DNA from: Octopus bimaculoides
Lineage: Eukaryota
Length of the DNA: 64,000 bases
Assembly (NCBI RefSeq): GCF_001194135.2
Contig: NC_068985.1
Span: 107,026,771 to 107,090,770, forward strand
Direction: 5' to 3'
The notes below the pieces were generated by a model that was given only the letters and a program-made list of their open reading frames with translations, did no database searches and was not told where the DNA came from. The position numbers were made by a program, and so were the translations under genes. Shown here one piece after another: positions 39,170 to 52,300 of this stretch (position 1 is its first letter; each line of letters opens with the position of its first letter).

Positions 39170-40190
39170 TGGTGTGTTGTGATAGTAGAGTAGAAGTATG
39201 CATGAGATGGTGGAGGGGTGTGTGATGGAGGCGTGTGTGGTGGAGGGGTGCGTGGTGGAGGGGTGCATGGTGGAGGGGTGTGTGGTGGAGGGGTGTGTAC
39301 TGTGGAGGGGGTGTGGTGGAGGGGTTGGAGGAGGGTGGTGGAGGTGGTGTGCATGGTTGAAGTAAAATGCTGAAGCTGTGTGTGGTGGCAGTAAGATATT
39401 TGTCATATACTGCTGTGTGCACAATAGAGGTGCATACACCATGTTGGAGGTATCTTCATAATGGTGGACATATATGCACAATGGATGTATGTGCATAAAA
39501 GTGGAGGTGTGTCCAGTGGTGGAGGTGTATGCATGAAGATGGGCACAAATGCACACTGGAAGTCTGCACATGACAGTCAATGTGTAGGCATGACAGTGGA
39601 CATACATGCATGATGGAGGTGTGAGTATATTGGAGGCGTATGCATGAAGGTAGACACAAGTGCACAATGGAGGTGGGTGCATGACAGTAGACATATAGGG
39701 TCTATGCATGGTAGCATTGTATGCATGATGGTGGAAATGTGTACACAATAGTGGACATATGTGCATGATAGAGATGTGCGCATGATAGTGGAGGTGTGTG
39801 CACAATGATGGAGGTGTGTGCAAATGGTGGAGGAGGTGTGCGCGTGACAGTGGGGGTGCATGCACAAGGATGAAGGTGTATGAAAAACAGTGAAAGCATG
39901 TGCACAACGGAGGTGTGTGCATGACAGTGAAGGCATGTGCACGACAGTGGACATATGTGTGTGATGGAGGTGAGTATATGAGAGTGGAAGTGTGCAAATG
40001 GTGGAGGTGCGTGCATGACAGTGGAGGTGTGTGCACAACAGTGAACATATGTACACAGATACACACGCATGAGCATACACACACACATCATATACAACAG
40101 ACTTCTTCAGTTGCTATGTTCTCGACAATGGGTCATGTGTGCATGTGATGGTTGAACTGTATGATGGAGGTGTATGTGTAGTGAAAACAT
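39170..40190. repeat. Degenerate GT-rich minisatellite (gtgcatgacagtggaggtgt-like, ~20 nt; ggtggaggggtgtgt-like, ~15 nt)
   Basis: Recurrent gtggagg cores. Explains the 331-aa His/Thr/Cys-rich ORF. Confidence 0.8.
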
Positions 40191-41214
40191 GTAGAAGTGG
40201 TTGGAGATAATGGAAACACAGAGTAGAGTGTCTAAAGGGATGCCGGTCATGTTATGATATGATGTAGGTGTAGTGTGATGGTGGTAGAGGTGGTATCAGT
40301 GACTGTGGGAGTGGTGTTGTTCAGGCCTTAGGTAATCCCTGATTGAACAAACATTACCAGGCATGCCATTGTGGTTAAGAAATTCTCTTTACATACATAC
40401 TTGTGAAATTGATCCCATTGTGTGGCAACTAGGGCAAACAGCTTCTTCCTAATTTCAGGTCACTTGTGAGGTCTTTCATGAATGCTACTCGTAACATGGA
40501 ATCCAGTATAACCTGTTGCATGGTCAGGTCATCAGAGACTAAACTGGCACCCCCACTAGGCTTGCCTGATGAGGAGGATTGCTAGAAACTCAGCAGGACT
40601 GAAAACAAGACCTGTCAAAAAGACTGATGAGCCAGTGTATCTTCAACAACCATCTAGCAATAGCATGGGCCCTCAGGAATTCTGGGTTGTTGTCCAGCAT
40701 GCTGGAAGAACACTGGGAGTGAGGTACATCATAGTTTTTATAAAAGCAGGTCTCTAAAACCTGCTTCAAACCCAGGCTACATCTGCTCTGATAATCGGCA
40801 GTGACTTGGTTAGCAAATTCTTTGTGAAGGTCAACAATCGACAGTAAGATGAGCTGCTATGGATCACACTATCCTAAAGTTTGTATGCATGCGACCAGGG
40901 TCTACATGTTAACTTGTATCCCCACTGAAACTCCAAACATGAACTCTACACCTCAACAGCAAATGACAACTACAGCTATGGTATCCATGCTATCCAACAT
41001 GCTTGCTCCCCTAATGGGGCATTTGTCAATAGGATGTGGTCGGCCTTTGTGAGCAATTTGACCTTGTTGGTCAGAGCCAACAGGACACCACAAGGACAAG
41101 TAATCTTATATCACAGCCTCAAACTCACTAACATTTTGGGAGCAGAATTTGATAGGCAGAAGTGGTATGAAAACTACTCATTTTATACACACACACACAC
41201 ACACATACATATGT

Positions 41215-41380
41215 AAGTATAAGCACAGGCACAACTGCATGGTTAAGACATTCATTTTGCAGCAATTGGTTTCAGTCCCACTGCATGGTACCTCAAGCAA
41301 ATGTTATCTATAAAGCCTGAGGCTGACCAAAGTCTTGTGAATGGATTTAGCAAACAGAAACTGAAAGCAGCCCATCGTAT
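41215..41380 (+). mobile_element. tRNA-head SINE
   Basis: gcacaggcacaactgcatggttaag...ttcagtcccactgcatggtacc...gaccaaagtcttgtg...aaactgaaagcagcccatcg, same orientation as 23890. Confidence 0.7.
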
Positions 41381-41383
41381 ATA

Positions 41384-41465
<82 letters not shown>

Positions 41466-41689
41466 TTGCATTCCCTTGTCTTGACATCATGCACTAATTG
41501 TAAATAAATGTCATTGTCGTATGAGTGGTGTCACTGTGCTGTTCATGTTCTAAGGGTTGGGGGGGGGGACTTAGAAACAGCTGAATGTTGGTGACAGGAA
41601 GCTCATCCAGATGTTAAAAAAATCTACCTAAACAAATCGAATCAAAACCATACAAGCTTGAAAAAGTGGGTGTTAAAATGATGATCAAC

Positions 41690-41814
41690 CCTGAGAAGAT
41701 GAAAGGCAAAGTTGACCTCGGCAGAATTTGAACTCAAAACATGGATGGGCGAAATGTCATCAAACATTTTGCTCAGAGTGCTAACAATTCTGCCAGCTCA
41801 CCGCCATAATAATG

Positions 41815-41862
<48 letters not shown>
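41690..41862 (-). mobile_element. ATT-tailed SINE 5' fragment next to (AAT)n
   Basis: gatgaaaggcaaagttgacctcggcagaatttgaactc...ctgccagctcaccgcc. Confidence 0.7.
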
Positions 41863-41863
<1 letters not shown>

Positions 41864-42840
41864 GTATCACAATGAATTTTTGAAAATATTTAAATCTAAC
41901 TTCTACTGTACTATTTCTTGGATAACATCCAAAAAGGAAAATTTTGATACCTCGTTTTTGAAATTTGGATGAATATTTTAGGAAATATGACAATTTGAAT
42001 GGTCAGCAAACTGGTCAATATCTTGCCTAATTAAGCCTAAATGAATAATTAGTCGTATTTGTAATGTCATATCTTTGAAACTGAAGTGATAATCATTTTC
42101 AAATAACAAACTAACAGTGTCCATGGGATAGCAGTTGCTTCTATTTTTCAGGTTCTTGGAAATGAAATTTCATTTTTGGCATTTTTTAAAATATCTGTGT
42201 AAAGCCTATTTTGCTGCATGTAACAAACAGCCAATTTTCAGACAGTGTTTTCAGAGGTAGCTATATCCAAAAGCATAAGCCACTGAGACTTGTGTTTTGG
42301 CACATTTGTAGTAGGTGTAAGACTAAATAACATCCTGAGATTTTGGGATATGATACCATTTTAAAAAGTTTTAATGGACAATTGAAAATGGCTAGGAATG
42401 GCAGAGTTTCAGATCAGGATGCCCACATAAGTTAGATTTTCTGTTTTGATGGAGATTTTTCCCCTTTTTTAAACCGCGGCCTTGGAGATGATGGGGGGGG
42501 GGGGATTTTCAGGAAAAAAATTTGGGGAAACGGTTTTTCCCCTCTTATCCACTCCATACCAATTTTGGCCAATTGTTTATGCACTATACACTTCAAAAGG
42601 ATGAGAGAAAATGATGATTGAGGGAAGCTGGCATGATATCTAAGTGTTGGATTTGATTTTGATCAAAAGTATATGAGAAGGAAGTTCACATTCAAAAGTT
42701 TCAAATGATATATAATTGTCCCCAGAAAATACGTATTTTGACATGAAAATGATCAAACAAAAAGTGGGTCTTTGCATGGTCAAATTGTGCTTGTCTCCCC
42801 TTCTAGAGAGCTCTGCAGTGATACCAATTAATAATAATAA

Positions 42841-45800
42841 GTGTAATGCATATGGATAGCAGCAAAGTAAATGGTGTTTTGTGCTTGGTTAAAACAGAGA
42901 ACATTAGTGAAACTAGCTAATCGCAGTTGCTGTTAATGTTGCAGCTGACATAATAGGATACAAGCAGAAAACTGTTGAAGAAAAGAAGGGGAAAGAAAAG
43001 AAGGAATCAAACTGGAGGAAGAGAATACAATTGAGGCTGGAGAAGTCACAGAACTTGAGGAATTATACAGAATACAAAAACTCAAGGAGGTAGTAATTGA
43101 ATGGATAGTACAGGTTAGAAGAGATTACATGAAGAATTAACATAAAAGGTGACAGCGTTAAAGGCAAAATTGAAAAGATGGTAGATGCAAAGGTTTTGAA
43201 CAGAATAGATTGTTTCAATACAAATAGAAAGCATTTTTTTTTTTGAAGGAATAGAGGAGGATCAACATCATGAAGTGATTTCCTGATGTGGAAGAAGTAT
43301 TTTGGAAAGAACTTTAGAACAGGCCAGTGAGACATAAAGTAAGTGCAGAGTGGCTAACATAGGTGGAGAGACAATCTGCAACTGTACCAAGACAAAAGGA
43401 TCAGAACTGAACTGTATTCAGTGAAACTGAAGTTTAAAGAAATAGCAAATTGGAAAGGATCTGGCCCAGATGGAGCACAAGGCTATTTGGCTGGCTGAAG
43501 AATTTTACAGTTGCATGAAAGGATCACTGCACACTCTGATGAATGCCTGCAGCAGGGACACATCCCTAACTAGATGACAAGTGGAGAAACATTGTTATGC
43601 CCCAAGGCTCCTTTGAAAGGTAAAGTGGTGTCAAATTTTTGACTTATAACCTGTTAACCACTTTTGTGGAAGCTAATGACTGGTGTCCTGGTGGAAAAGT
43701 TATATAATCATCTGGAAGCATGCAGGAAGCAAAGTAGGCAACTAAAGATCAGTTATTAGTTGATAAAATGATAATTAGAAATTGTAGAAGCAGATCAAGG
43801 GGTCTGAAAGTAGCATGGTTGGATTACAGAAAAGCATATGACATGGTACTACACAGTTGGATAAATAAAACAATGAGCATGTTTGGAGTGGCAGAAAATA
43901 TGGAGAAAATGGTCAATGAAAGTATGAAACACTGAAACAGTGAATTGATTGGAGGAAAACAAAGACTTGGAAAAGAGAATATCAGACATTGCATATTTCA
44001 AGGTGATAGCTTACCTCCATTACTATTTGTATTGGCCATGATACTGCTCTATTTTATATTATGAGAAGTTAAAATAATTTTGGAAAAGGGATATGGTCAG
44101 ATAAATCATCATCTTTTTTATGGATGTTATAAAGCTTTATGTGAAAAATGAAAAACAGCTTGAAACTCTTGCACATACTGTTCACCTTTTCTCAAATGAT
44201 GTGGGTAAGGAATTTGAGATTGAAAAGTGTGCCATATTGATAATGAAATGAGGAAGATTTGAAGGAAGTTGGGGAACTGAAATGCCAAATGGGCAAACAA
44301 TGAAAGCAGTTGAAAAGGATGGTGGTATAAGTATTGAGAATACTGGAAGCAGATGAAATTAAACCTGAAGAGATGAAGGAAATTACAAGCAGGGAGTATA
44401 CAAGTAGAGTAAGAAAAACAATACAGGTAAAGTTGAATTCAAAACATATTGAAGCAATAAATGCAGATGCAGTATGGGTAATCAGATATGGAGTTGAATT
44501 CTAGATTGGACAAAAAGCAACAAGCACAAACTTGACAGAAAAACTTGAAAGTTATTGACTATGTATGGAACCCACCATCCAAAAGCTGATATTAATTAGT
44601 TGTACTTGAAAAGAGACTAGGATAGAAGAGGATTAACTGTTATGGGAGAGCATGTACAGATGAAAAGAAAAAAGCCTATTAGAATATTTACAGAATAGTA
44701 CAGATATTACTACAGGCAGTGAATAAAAGAACAGATGATCAAGTTTGGAATAGGAGAAAAGGACAAGAATGAAATTAAAGAGAGTAATGTTAAACAGATT
44801 GAAGAGAAACCTATGCGTGGTCAGTTTTGGACAGCTATTGAGAATGTATGTTGAACAAAAAACCTTAGCCTGATTGAAAAAACAGAAAGAAATTGAAAAA
44901 AGTAGCAGAGAGCCTTATTATAGCAAACACCTTGAGAAAATATATGTACGGGGAGGTGTCAGCAAAGTGTAGTGTGTGGAACTAGGGATGAAACAATGGC
45001 ACACATTGTTGCAGAATGTCCTAAGTTGGCTAAGATAGAATATATAAATGGAGGCATGACTAAGTTGTGAAAGTTTTGCACTAGAAACATTATCAGGAAT
45101 GGGGGTTTGAAGTTAGAAGTACTTGGTTTAATCATCAGGTTGAAAGAGTGCTTTAGTCAGAGAAATGCCTGATTTTATGGGATTTTCCAATTCAAATAGT
45201 TAATCATCATCATTGTTTAATGTCTGCCTTCCATGCGGGCATGGGTTGGACAGTATGACAAGAGCTGGCTAGGCATGTGCCTGCACCAAGCTTCAGTTTC
45301 TGTTTTGGCATGGTTTTTATAGCCCTTCCTACTGCCCTTCCTTTCGCCAACCACCCTGCAGAGTGGACTGAGTGTTTTTTGTGTGGCACCAGCACAGGTG
45401 AGATCAGTTTTGGCATGGTTTTTACTGCTGGATGCCCTTCCAAATACTAACCTCTTTACAGTGTGGACTGGATGCTTTTTATGTGGCACCAGCACTGGCA
45501 GGGTCACCAAGTAACTTGCAAAGAAGATAGAAAACAATAAACCAGATATAACAATAATAGACAAGGAAAAGCAGTGTTGCTTACTAATTGAACCATCATG
45601 TCCATTTGATTCCAAGATTAGAAACAAAAATGAAAAATCAAAAAATACAATCCCTTAAAATTTGAAATTGTGAGAATTTGGAATATGAAAACTGTAAAAG
45701 TTTGTGCATGTAATAATTGGTACATTAGGGACTGTGAGTAATGAATGATATAGACAAATGGTTGAAGAGGATTGGAACGGAATGCTCTGTAGAGCTTTGT

Positions 45801-45954
45801 CTCTTAGTAACAGGAAAGATTATCAGAAGGGTTTTGGGTACTTGAAAGATTACTGAAAGCTTGCGGAAATCTGAGGTTACAGGTAGTAACTTGCTACCCA
45901 CATATATTCAACCAGGAAAAAGACCAAACCGGAGTCAAGTCGAATAATAATAAT
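42841..45954 (+). mobile_element. R4/Dong-clade non-LTR retrotransposon (RT, CCHC knuckle, RLE), decayed, antisense in last STUB1 intron
   Basis: WKGSGPDG; TKDQLLVDKMIIRNC; AWLDYRKAYDMV; IFQGDSL-PLLF; CSVCGTRDETMAHIVAEC; PDITIIDKEK..LLIE. Many stops and frameshifts, (TAA)n at both ends. Confidence 0.92.
45203..45520 (-). mobile_element. GAT-tailed SINE nested in the R4/Dong element
   Basis: catcatcattgtttaatgtctgccttccatgc... interrupts the RLE region between ILWDFPIQ and PDI. Confidence 0.8.
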
Positions 45955-45964
45955 GTTTACTTAC

Positions 45965-46081
45965 ATGGAGGTGTTCAACAACATCCTTGCGATCATAGGT
46001 AATACCACTGGGGGTTATAACAGGTTCCTTCATTAGCTCAAAACTTATTCGGCCACACAAATAATCAGGGACATCACGTTT
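45965..46081 (-). CDS. STUB1: STUB1/CHIP U-box exon 1 (117 nt): [39 protein letters not shown]
   Basis: Near-identical to human [43 protein letters not shown]. Acceptor ttttttcag|, donor |GTAAGT. Confidence 0.97.
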
Positions 46082-46419
46082 CTGAAAAAAAATAACAAAA
46101 CAGAATTGAAATTGTGTCAATGTTCCAGTAAGGTTTACATTTTACAACAATAAATACTACTACTACTACTACCACAATCAACACCACTGCTACTACTACC
46201 ATTATCACCACCACTATTACTACTACTAAATGGATCTCAGTAAATTTACATGATGAGTTTTCAGTTGTTCAGTCAGTTAGGTGCAAGTGGCTGAGTATTC
46301 CACAGACAAATGCACCCTTAACATAATCCTCAAATAGAATCAGCTTTATAGACAGTGTGTGACAAGGCTGTAGCCATGAATTACAGGTACAGTCCATCCA
46401 ACAGGCTTCCTTATTGTTT

Positions 46420-46550
46420 CTGTCCAACCAATTTCACTCACAAGCCTTGTATTGACTCGAGGCAATGGTAAAACACACTTGCCCCAAGATGCAACACAGT
46501 GGGATTGAACCTAGAATATTGTGATTGCAAGGCAAACCTTTTGACTACAT
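46420..46550 (-). mobile_element. tRNA-head SINE fragment
   Basis: actcacaagccttg..gactcgaggc..acacttgccccaag..cagtgggattgaacc. Confidence 0.65.
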
Positions 46551-46894
46551 GAACGCGTTGTGTCCACTTTATTACTACAATACTACGACTACTACTACTA
46601 CTACTACTACCACAGTATAATTACTACAATTACTATTACTGACCATGATGCATACACATAACAACAACAACAATACCACCACCACCACCATTCTTCTTAT
46701 TTATTATTATTATATTTGTTGTTCCAATTACAAACATCTAGCAATTGCTGCAGCCACCACTACAACCACCAACACAACACCACCACTACCACCACCACCA
46801 CCACCATCATTTCACTGCATTAACCTCTGAATGATAAGAGTTATAGTTGACCACAGTGAGGTTTGAACTCACTACTTAAACAGATTAAAGTACT

Positions 46895-46928
<34 letters not shown>

Positions 46929-48039
46929 NNNNNNNNNNNNNNNNNNNNNNNNNNNNNNNNNNNNNNNNNNNNNNNNNNNNNNNNNNNNNNNNNNNNNNNN
47001 NNNNNNNNNNNNNNNNNNNNNNNNNNNNGTGGTGGCAGCGTAAACAGCCGAGGAGGGGGATTACGATGGCAGCTGCCCCAATCAAATGTTGCATCCAAAT
47101 CATATTTCCTCGGACACGATACACAACTCCAGTCCCATCTCCATTTCCCCATACACACACACACACGCACGTACACATGCATGCACACATCCACATCATG
47201 TCTCACTGACTGTGTTGAGTTGCCATCAGCAACCTTTTAGCTGACATTTCAGTCTGGAGCATAGAAGAACTAATTCCATTTTAACAGACAATAAACAAGT
47301 CAGCTATTTGGCAGCTGACCGTGCTAGTACCACCATATTGCAGTCTATTGCAGATTTTTTAAGTCAGCTTGTTTTCCATGGCCAGCAACAAACATACAAA
47401 GCATCATCATCATTGTCACCATCATCACCACTGCCAATATCATTTATTGGCAACTTTCACATAATCACTTGACCTGTTCAATGTAGCAGTCAGTTCTTCT
47501 ACATCACTGCACCAAACTCATTGTCTTTGGAATGAGGATCCCACAAGCCAGAAACGGGACATCTACACAGCTAATCAAATCTCACAGTTGAAATGACAGT
47601 ATTTTTAAAATTGGGATTGCATAAGTCAACAAATGACATATATGTACCATATTTTCTGGCATACAACTCAAATTTTTTTCAGCTCAAAATTTACAGCTAA
47701 AAACAAGTTGGTTGGCTTATACACCAAGATGACCACACAGGAGGACCAAAAACTCCACATGAAATGCAACAGGATTTGAAAAGATAGTGATGATGTTTGA
47801 ATGTTTAAGCTACATGTTTACACTATACACTATGTCATCTTGTATGCCAGAAAAGCCCAGAAGTTACTGAATCTACTAAATATAGAATTGAATTCTTCAA
47901 GAAACTCCCTACTGTCTTTAAAATGATAGTATCATGTACAATATAGTATAGAACGTAAATGTAGAGGGTAGTAGCTGGGTAGTCACAACATGCAGTGTGC
48001 TATATATATATAGTGCAGTGGCTGATAGTGAAGACATGT

Positions 48040-48690
48040 AGTGTGGGACCAAGGATACACAGCACATGGGAGAGAAGATATACAGCACGTGGGAGAGAGG
48101 GTACAAGGAGCACAGGAGAGAAGGTACACAGAGCGCGGGAGAGAGGGTACACAGAGCGCGGGAGAGAGGGTACACAGAGCGCGGGAGAGAGGGTACACAG
48201 AGCGCGGGAGAGAGGGTACACAGAGCACGGGAGAGAGGGTACACAGAGCACGGGAGAGAGGGTACACAGAGCGTGGGAGAGGATATACACGGAGCATGGG
48301 AGAGAAGATATACAGCACGTGGGAGACAAGATACACAGCATGTGGGAGAGAGGGTACAGAGTGTGGGAGAGAGGGTACACAGTGCGGGAGAGAGGGTACA
48401 CAGAGCGCGGGAGAGAGGGTACAAAGAGCGCGGGAGAGAGGGTACACAGAGAGTAGGAGAGAGGGTATACAGAGCATGGGAGAGGGGATATATAGAGTAT
48501 GGGAGAGGGAATACACAGAGTATGGGAGGGGGGATACACAGAGCATGGGAGAGGGGATATACAGAGCATAGGAGAAAGGATATACAGCGAGTAGGAGAGA
48601 GGATATACAGCGAGTGGGAGAGAGGATACACAGCAAGTGGGAGGGAGGATACACAGTGTGTGGGAGAGAGGATATGTGTCATGTGCAGGA
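48040..48690. repeat. Purine-rich minisatellite, ~23-nt unit gggagagagggtacacagagcgc, roughly 25-28 copies
   Basis: Direct inspection. Homogeneous core at 48130-48270 and 48370-48450, diverged edges. Confidence 0.92.
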
Positions 48691-48744
48691 GTGAAGACAC
48701 ATGTGGCTTTGGGAACATTGTTGTGTGGTTGTGAAAGATTGGAA

Positions 48745-48847
48745 GGCAAAATCAACCTTGACAGAATTTGAACTGAAAATGTGAAGAGGAATGAAATGCC
48801 AATAAGCATTTTGCCCAGTGTGCTAACGATTTTACCAGTTCGCCACC

Positions 48848-48894
<47 letters not shown>

Positions 48895-49720
48895 CCTTTC
48901 TACTATAGGCACAAGACCTGAAATTTGGTGGGAGAGATTAAGTTGACTACATTGACCCCAGTGCATAACTGGTACTTAATTTATCAACCCCCGAAAGGAT
49001 GAAAGGCAAAGTTGACCTTGGCAGAATTTGAACTCATAACATAAAGCATTTTACCCGGCATGCTAACGATTCTGCCAGCTCACCATAATAATAACAATAA
49101 TCCTTTTTACGATAGGCACAAGGACTAAAATTTTGGGGAGGTGGATATTCGATTACATCAACCCCAGTACTCAACTGGTACTTATTTTATCAACCCTGAA
49201 AGGATGAAAGATACAGTGGACCTCGGCAGCATTTGAACTCAGAATGTTAAGACAGACAAAATGATGATAAGCATTTTGTCCAGCATGCTAACGACTCTAC
49301 CAGCTCACTGCCTTAGTAATAATAATTTCTATCATAGGCACACGATTCGAAATTCTCTGTGGTGAGTATCGGTCAAAACCATCAGCACCAATATTTGACG
49401 GTGCTTAACCCCCATAAAATTTAACTGGTGTATCAACCCCAATACGATGAAAAGCAAGGTTAATCAAGGCAGTATTTGAACCCAGACCATAAAGAACCAA
49501 AATAAATACTACTTCTAGTGCAGGCACATGCAGGAAGGCACCATTGATGTAATCAACCCAGTACCTGACTAGTACTTATTTTATCAACTCAAGCGACTGA
49601 AAGCAAAGTTAACCCCAGCTGGGCTTCATTCAACTAGGAATACAAAAGAATGCAACTAAATACCACTAAACACCGAGTCTGCTGCACTATCGATTCTAAT
49701 AATAATTCATTTTAACAAAA
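48745..49720 (-). mobile_element. Head-to-tail array of about 5 ATT-tailed SINE copies
   Basis: The block ggcacaag...ctggtactt...aaaggatgaaag..aagttgacc...tttgaactc recurs every ~200 nt, separated by (AAT)n. Confidence 0.85.
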
Positions 49721-50242
49721 GCGCAGGTATCATTATAGAGTCTGGTGAATTGCTCTCTTTTCCACCACCAAATCTAATAATGCTATTTGTTAACCCAAGA
49801 GAAATAAAAAAGCAAAGCTGAGATTTGAACAGAAATACAAGAAGTTGTCAAAAACAAAACTCCTAATTAAATATAGATTATTTAAAAATTTTAAGAAATC
49901 ACATATTTCATTGGTATCTCTACCTGTTCATGTAAAGCTGACTAAAGCTAAGCTTGCATTATGCACAGTATCACCTATCCATTCCCCACCACTACCACCA
50001 CCACATGCCAGCGTTGGCATCCCTCCAGTAAAGTCATGTCTGCCTGTTCTGTTTTTAATAAAAACTGCCAAAATGTTGAGTGCTTGTCACTTTACAATTA
50101 ATCGCCTCATAATTACTGGACATGATAAGAGTTAAGATGTTACACTGTGTGTGTGTGTGTGTATTCACCTGTGTGAACAGTCATGTATGTGAGTACTCAT
50201 ACATAGGTGTGTGCAATTAATCATATGTTTTCATGTGTCTGT

Positions 50243-50297
<55 letters not shown>

Positions 50298-50649
50298 CAT
50301 GTATGTGTTTTCAGTAGCAGCATTTTGTGCCTGCTTTTCCATGCTGGCATGGATTGAACACATTTTCTGAAACAATGCTTTTCCAACCAGATGTCCTTAC
50401 TGTCATCAACCCTTTTAACATGCAGTGTACCCATTCTAAAACCAGGATACACACATTAAATCCAGTTATAATACAAACCCATATAGTCACTTGGTATCCT
50501 TGTTTATGTAATTTTATGGCAGAAGAAGGGACCCCATTTTGCCTCAGATGTTATTCAACCAAAGGTAAACCTTGATTGAGCATGCTATGAGCAAAGGTTT
50601 CCCAGCAATTACAACTCTATTTTGTTTACTGTGATAATATATATAGGAT

Positions 50650-50840
50650 AGCATGCTGGGCGAAATGCTTAGCAGTATTTCTTGTCTTCATGTTCTGAGT
50701 TCAAATTCTACCGAGGTCAACTTTGCCGTTCATCCTTTCAAGGTCAATAAATTAAGTACCAGTTGCCTACTGGGGTCGATCTAATTGACTGACCCCCCCC
50801 CCTCCCCCAAAATTTTGGATCTTGTGCCTATAGTAGGAAA
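50650..50840 (+). mobile_element. ATT-tailed SINE, well-preserved copy
   Basis: gcgaaatgcttagc...gagttcaaattctaccgaggtcaactttgcc...tggggtcgatc...cttgtgcctatagtag. Confidence 0.85.
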
Positions 50841-51014
50841 GAATAATGTATATAGGACTACATTATACAGTAGATTCTTCTCTTTGATATGAGAGATTTG
50901 GTTGCTATTTTTAGAAGACTACACATAAACACATATTTGACTACAGAATATGCTCCACACAACCTAAAAACAATCTAGACATCTTCATGACATCATCAAG
51001 ATCATAATGATAAT

Positions 51015-51215
51015 GGTTTCAAATTTTGGTACAAGGCCAGCAATTTTAAGGGAAGTGAATAAGTTGATTAAATCCACGTCAGAGCTTAATTGGTACTTAT
51101 TTTATCTACCCACAAAAGGATAAAACGCTAAGTTGATCTCAGTGGTATTTGAATTCACAGTGTAAGAAGAAATGCCGCTAAGCATTTTGTCCAATGTGCT
51201 AACAATCTGCAAGCT
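51015..51215 (-). mobile_element. ATT-tailed SINE
   Basis: Reverse-complement copy ~180 nt from the previous one. Confidence 0.7.
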
Positions 51216-51557
51216 TGTCACAAATGACAATAATATGGTGATGAGAACACCATAATAATTAGCATTGTCATGGTAATAATGATCATAATTATAATGTCTA
51301 TTTTACACCATCTTGACATGAGAAGGACAGATCAGAAATACAAGTCATTTCATGTCAGGATCAGCAGTTTTAGGTCTAACCTAATTACTTCATCCTAGGA
51401 CTAACTTGATGGCAGGTATACTCAACCATTAAAATACAGTATCAATTTTACTACCTGATAAATATGTGATCCTTCTTTGACAATAACTGATGAGGATTGG
51501 TGACATTCTGGGTGTTTTCTGTTTGTTTCATTTGTTTATCTTTATGTGTGTTTTTTT

Positions 51558-51590
<33 letters not shown>

Positions 51591-51729
51591 AACAATTCAC
51601 CTATTTACAATACATACCACACCAGTGAACACACGTTTACAACATACACCAATCAACAGCTTTAATTCCCTACATAGTGGACAATTATCCCGAGGGAAAT
51701 CAGTGTGTTTTTTTCTTCTCAAAAGTAAA

Positions 51730-52260
51730 CAACTCTAAGCTCTGCCAACTACTGACCTATTACTCTCAATTTCAATATTCCTGAGACATTGGAAACATTT
51801 GTAGACAATCCTAATTTCATCACCATGAATCTCTCCCTACATCAGCAATTATTAACAATATCATAGAGCCACAATTATTGGAGAACTTCTCTACTGTATC
51901 ACTTGCCATTGAGAGCTTCAACAAAAGCAATTTTGTTGACACTTGGCATCAACAAAGCTCTTGACTATGTCTTCATCTGTTTGGTCTACTGGATTAGAAA
52001 CTTCCCCTAAGAGCACACAATTGCCAGCAAATCTCTCTTAAGCTGCAACATTTCAATTATGATCCCATCACTCTTCCCTTTGCACTTATTGCCACTTCAA
52101 ACAAGTAGATCTTAAGCAGATAATGCCATTCTTTACTCCTTCACTCAACTTTCCATCCAAAAACAAGCACCATTTACAGGCCAACATAAATGCCTCACTT
52201 CCAACATATAGTTTCCACGAATAAAAACTGTGAGATCATTCTTCAATGGAGACATAACCA
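51730..52260 (+). mobile_element. Decayed APE-type LINE RT fragment
   Basis: ANY*PITL (NYRPISL-like) and GINKALDYV (D..KAFD.V-like) remnants. Confidence 0.45.
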
Positions 52261-52300
52261 TGTAATTCACAAGTGAGATTGAAACTGAACCAAATTTGAT

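Noticed and set aside
39089-40148. 331-aa His/Thr/Cys-rich ORF and overlapping ORFs
   Set aside because: They are translations of a stop-poor minisatellite, open in several frames on both strands, with no domain.
40566-40640. Two CTGATGA heptamers as hammerhead cores
   Set aside because: No stem II closing onto GAAA and no consistent stems I and III.
47029-47150. GC-richer segment after the gap as a possible exon
   Set aside because: Truncated by the gap and no frame is recognisable.
47918-48809. 220-270 aa ORFs (LSRALCT / ERGYT repeats)
   Set aside because: By-product of the ~23-nt minisatellite, with no splice or codon evidence.
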